NCBI GenBank assembly: GCA_963768655.1
Contig: CAVYIM010000005.1
Location: 288,001 to 352,000, forward strand
Length of the DNA: 64,000 nucleotides
From: an uncultured Chloroflexia bacterium
GTDB taxonomy: Bacteria > Chloroflexota > Limnocylindria > Limnocylindrales > CSP1-4
Reading direction: 5' to 3'
Below, piece by piece: positions 61,508 to 64,000 of the stretch. Position 1 is the stretch's first letter; every line of letters starts with the position of its first letter. The notes beneath the pieces are model-generated. The model searched no databases. It was not told the DNA's origin and saw only the letters and a list, made by a program, of their open reading frames with translations. Position numbers and translations under genes: made by a program.

Positions 61508-62166
61508 TCGCCCCCGATGCCGCCGCAGACCTGCGGGCGGAGCGGCGCTTCGATCTTCTGGCCGCCGTCCTGATCGGCGCGATCGCCATCCTGGCGGCTG
61601 TGCTGGCGGTGATCCAGATCGAGACCGGGCAGGCGTCCACGCGCGCCCAGATCGAGGCGGCCCGTCTGACGGCCGATCTTTCGGCCCGCCTCCAGGTCAG
61701 CGGCACAGCCCAGACTGCGGCCATCGTCGACCAGCAGGAGGCCCTGGCACTGTCGATGCAGGCCACGGGTCGGGGGCTGGCAGCGCTGCAGTATGGAGAC
61801 GACGGCGCGGCAGCCATCGGCGAGGCGGAGACGCAGGCCGCAGCCGATCTCGGGACCGCCCTGGCCGCCACATCGGCCACCAGCGGCGGCGCGCCCCTCG
61901 ACTCCTACACCGCCGGCTTGCTGAATGCGACGACGCCGCAGCTGCTAGCTGAGCTCGGCGAGCAGAACCGTCAGGTCGACCTGGCCAACGACGCCGGCAC
62001 CCGCAATTCCAGGTCGATCCTCGGGCTCTCGTTGCTGGCCCTGGCCGGCGTCCTGACCGGTCTTGCGGCCGTGCTGCGGGAAGGGCGCGCCGGCTGGATC
62101 GCCCTTCTGTCCGCGGTCGGGATGGCGGGCGCGGCCGAGCTCCTGGCGGTGCTGGCCGTGATCTGA
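61504..62166 (+). CDS. Second membrane protein of similar topology
   Basis: ATGA overlap with the previous gene; same TM-helix-2TM layout. Confidence 0.65.
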   Translation: MIAPDAAADLRAERRFDLLAAVLIGAIAILAAVLAVIQIETGQASTRAQIEAARLTADLSARLQVSGTAQTAAIVDQQEALALSMQATGRGLAALQYGDDGAAAIGEAETQAAADLGTALAATSATSGGAPLDSYTAGLLNATTPQLLAELGEQNRQVDLANDAGTRNSRSILGLSLLALAGVLTGLAAVLREGRAGWIALLSAVGMAGAAELLAVLAVI

Positions 62167-62243
62167 CACGGGCCCGGCCGAAGGCGCTCGGCGGTACACT
62201 CGGCCTGGGCGGTCTGCCCTGGCACGGGAGCGAGAGGCGCAAC

Positions 62244-63464
62244 GTGAGCGACGGCACCAGGGCGTGCAAGTACGGCGTTCTGGGCGCGGGACGCCAGGGA
62301 ACTGCGGCGGCGTTCGATCTGGCGGTCCGTGGCCAAGCCGCATCGATCGTGCTGGCTGATCTGGACGGAGCGCGAGCCGACGAAGCGGCGACGCGTGTCA
62401 ACCGGCTGGCAGGCGCCGCCATCGCGAAGGGTGTGGCGCTGGACGCCACCGACTCCCCTGCCCTGGTGGAGTTCCTGCGGCCCCTCGATGCCGCTATAGG
62501 TGCCATCAGCTACAAGCTGAACCTCGGGTTCACCGAGTCGGCCATCGAAGCCGGCACCAACTGGTGCGATCTGGGCGGCAACACGTCCGTCGTGCTCGGC
62601 CAGCTCGCGCTCGACGCTCGAGCGAAAAGGGCCGGTATTCGGATCGTGCCCGATTGCGGCGAGGCGCCGGGTCTGGCGAGCAACCTGATGGCCTACGCCA
62701 TGTCTTTGCTCGACGAGCCGGAGGACCTCCTCCTCCTCGACGGAGGCTTGCCGCTCCACCCGAGCCCGCCGTGGAACTACCGTCTCACCTTCTCGATGGA
62801 CGGGCTCACCAACGAGTATGCGGGTGGAAGCACGTACATCCGCGACGGCAAGCCGGTCGAGGTCGCCTCCTTCGACCCGGCCGAGTACGAGCTGGTCGAC
62901 CTGGGCGAGCCGGTCGGCCTGCTCGAGGCATTCTCGACGGGCGGCGCCTCAACCACTCCGTGGACGCTGGGCAAGCGGCTGCGCTCGATGCGCAACAAGG
63001 TGGTTCGGTATCCGGGCCACGTCGTCGTCTGGAAGGGCTTCATGGAGGCGGGGCTCTTCTCCGAGGAGCCGATCCGCGTCGGCGACCAGGAGGTCGTGCC
63101 GCGCCAGGTCTTCCACGCCCTGATCGAGCCCCGGATCCGCGCCGACGAGAAGCTCGACGACATCGTCATCGCCCACGTCATCGTGACCGGCCGCAAGGCC
63201 GGGCAACCGACGCGCGCGGTCGTCGACATGCGCGTCGTCCGCGATCACAAGCTCGGCTTCTCCGCCATGGAGGAGACCACGGGCTGGCACGCCGCGATCG
63301 TCGCCCACCTCATGGCCCGGGGTCGGATCGCCACCGGCGCGGCCCCGGTGGAACTCGCCACGGACAGCGCCGAGATCGTGGCCGAGCTACGCGCCCGCGG
63401 CTTCCCGGTCACGGAGTCAGTGGAACCGATCGCGCCGAGCGCGCCGGCTGAGGCGGCCGAGTAG
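62244..63464 (+). CDS. Saccharopine dehydrogenase / lysine 6-dehydrogenase family oxidoreductase
   Basis: VLGAGRQG Rossmann motif, DLGGN, PDCGEAPG, GGLP, FS.DGL.NEY, RYPGH and AM..TTG. Confidence 0.9.
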   Translation: MSDGTRACKYGVLGAGRQGTAAAFDLAVRGQAASIVLADLDGARADEAATRVNRLAGAAIAKGVALDATDSPALVEFLRPLDAAIGAISYKLNLGFTESAIEAGTNWCDLGGNTSVVLGQLALDARAKRAGIRIVPDCGEAPGLASNLMAYAMSLLDEPEDLLLLDGGLPLHPSPPWNYRLTFSMDGLTNEYAGGSTYIRDGKPVEVASFDPAEYELVDLGEPVGLLEAFSTGGASTTPWTLGKRLRSMRNKVVRYPGHVVVWKGFMEAGLFSEEPIRVGDQEVVPRQVFHALIEPRIRADEKLDDIVIAHVIVTGRKAGQPTRAVVDMRVVRDHKLGFSAMEETTGWHAAIVAHLMARGRIATGAAPVELATDSAEIVAELRARGFPVTESVEPIAPSAPAEAAE

Positions 63465-63516
63465 CGGAACTGCGGACTCGGCCGCCGCTCGGCCGGGACC
63501 CCCAGGCGGCAACAGG

Positions 63517-64000
63517 TCAGTGGCGGAACGACGTCACGAGCGTCCTGTCGATCGGTTCCGCCTGGCGCTCCAGCTCGGGCAGCAGCCGCTCCAGGTCGGC
63601 CATGAAGAGGCCCGCCAGGTCGTGGGAGAAGCCGTTGCGAACGACTATGCGCAGAACCGCCAGATCCTCGCGATCGGCCGGGAACGTGTAGGCGGGCACC
63701 TGCCAGCCGCGCTCCCGAAGCCGCCGCGAGACGTCGAAAACGCTGAAGTTGTCGATCTCCGCCTTGACGCGAAACGCCACCACGGGCAACTCGCTACCGT
63801 CGGTGATCAGCTCGAACGGGCCCAGCTCGGCCAGCTTCCTGGCGATACTGCCGGCCACGTCGCGGCAGACGGAGTGGACCAGTCGATATCCCTCGCGGCC
63901 GAGGCGCAGGAACATGTAGTACTGGGCCACGATCTGGGCGCCGGGGCGCGAGAAGTTGAGGGCGAAGGTCGGCATGTCGCCGCCGAGATAGTTGACGTGG
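63517..64000 (-). CDS. gadB: Glutamate decarboxylase (3' part; start outside window)
   Basis: HVNYLGGDMPTFALNFSRPGAQIVAQYY.FLRLG.EGY, GWQVPAYT and RIVVRNGFS. Confidence 0.93.
   Translation of the reverse strand, partial: HVNYLGGDMPTFALNFSRPGAQIVAQYYMFLRLGREGYRLVHSVCRDVAGSIARKLAELGPFELITDGSELPVVAFRVKAEIDNFSVFDVSRRLRERGWQVPAYTFPADREDLAVLRIVVRNGFSHDLAGLFMADLERLLPELERQAEPIDRTLVTSFRH

Overview
High-GC bacterial chromosomal window. Gene style suggests Chloroflexota/Limnocylindria-like or another Terrabacteria lineage (inference only). About 55 genes. Core or metabolic content: dnaG-rpoD, leuA with a Leu leader-peptide attenuator, an arcE-argF/arcB-arcC arginine synthetase pathway operon, tRNA-Asn(GTT), a GH2 beta-mannosidase, a rhodanese and the 3' end of gadB. 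Envelope and stress content: LiaF/PspC, CAP, YceI-TerB, SPFH-RHH-ABC, an ECF sigma/anti-sigma pair and two PAS kinases. Mobile DNA: a complete passenger-carrying IS1595 element (48527-50878; 25-bp TIRs, 8-bp palindromic TSD) inserted upstream of dnaG, and an integrase-less 5.5-kb island bounded by a 16-bp duplication of the tRNA-Asn 3' end (34580-40087). The island carries vapBC, DUF3626, a nucleotidyltransferase-2H phosphoesterase fusion and an MccF-like S66 peptidase. Most novel-looking signals: a MurJ flippase fused to an extracytoplasmic Cys-His-Asp papain/C39-like domain; a four-way-junction RNA with NiCo-like ends upstream of an NRAMP gene; a duplicated module of permease 3' end plus WWGNW microprotein; a structured leader upstream of the CAP gene; and a secreted protein with three near-perfect 288-bp repeats. 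Several single-base frameshifts may be assembly errors. All family calls are from motif recognition by eye; no searches were run.
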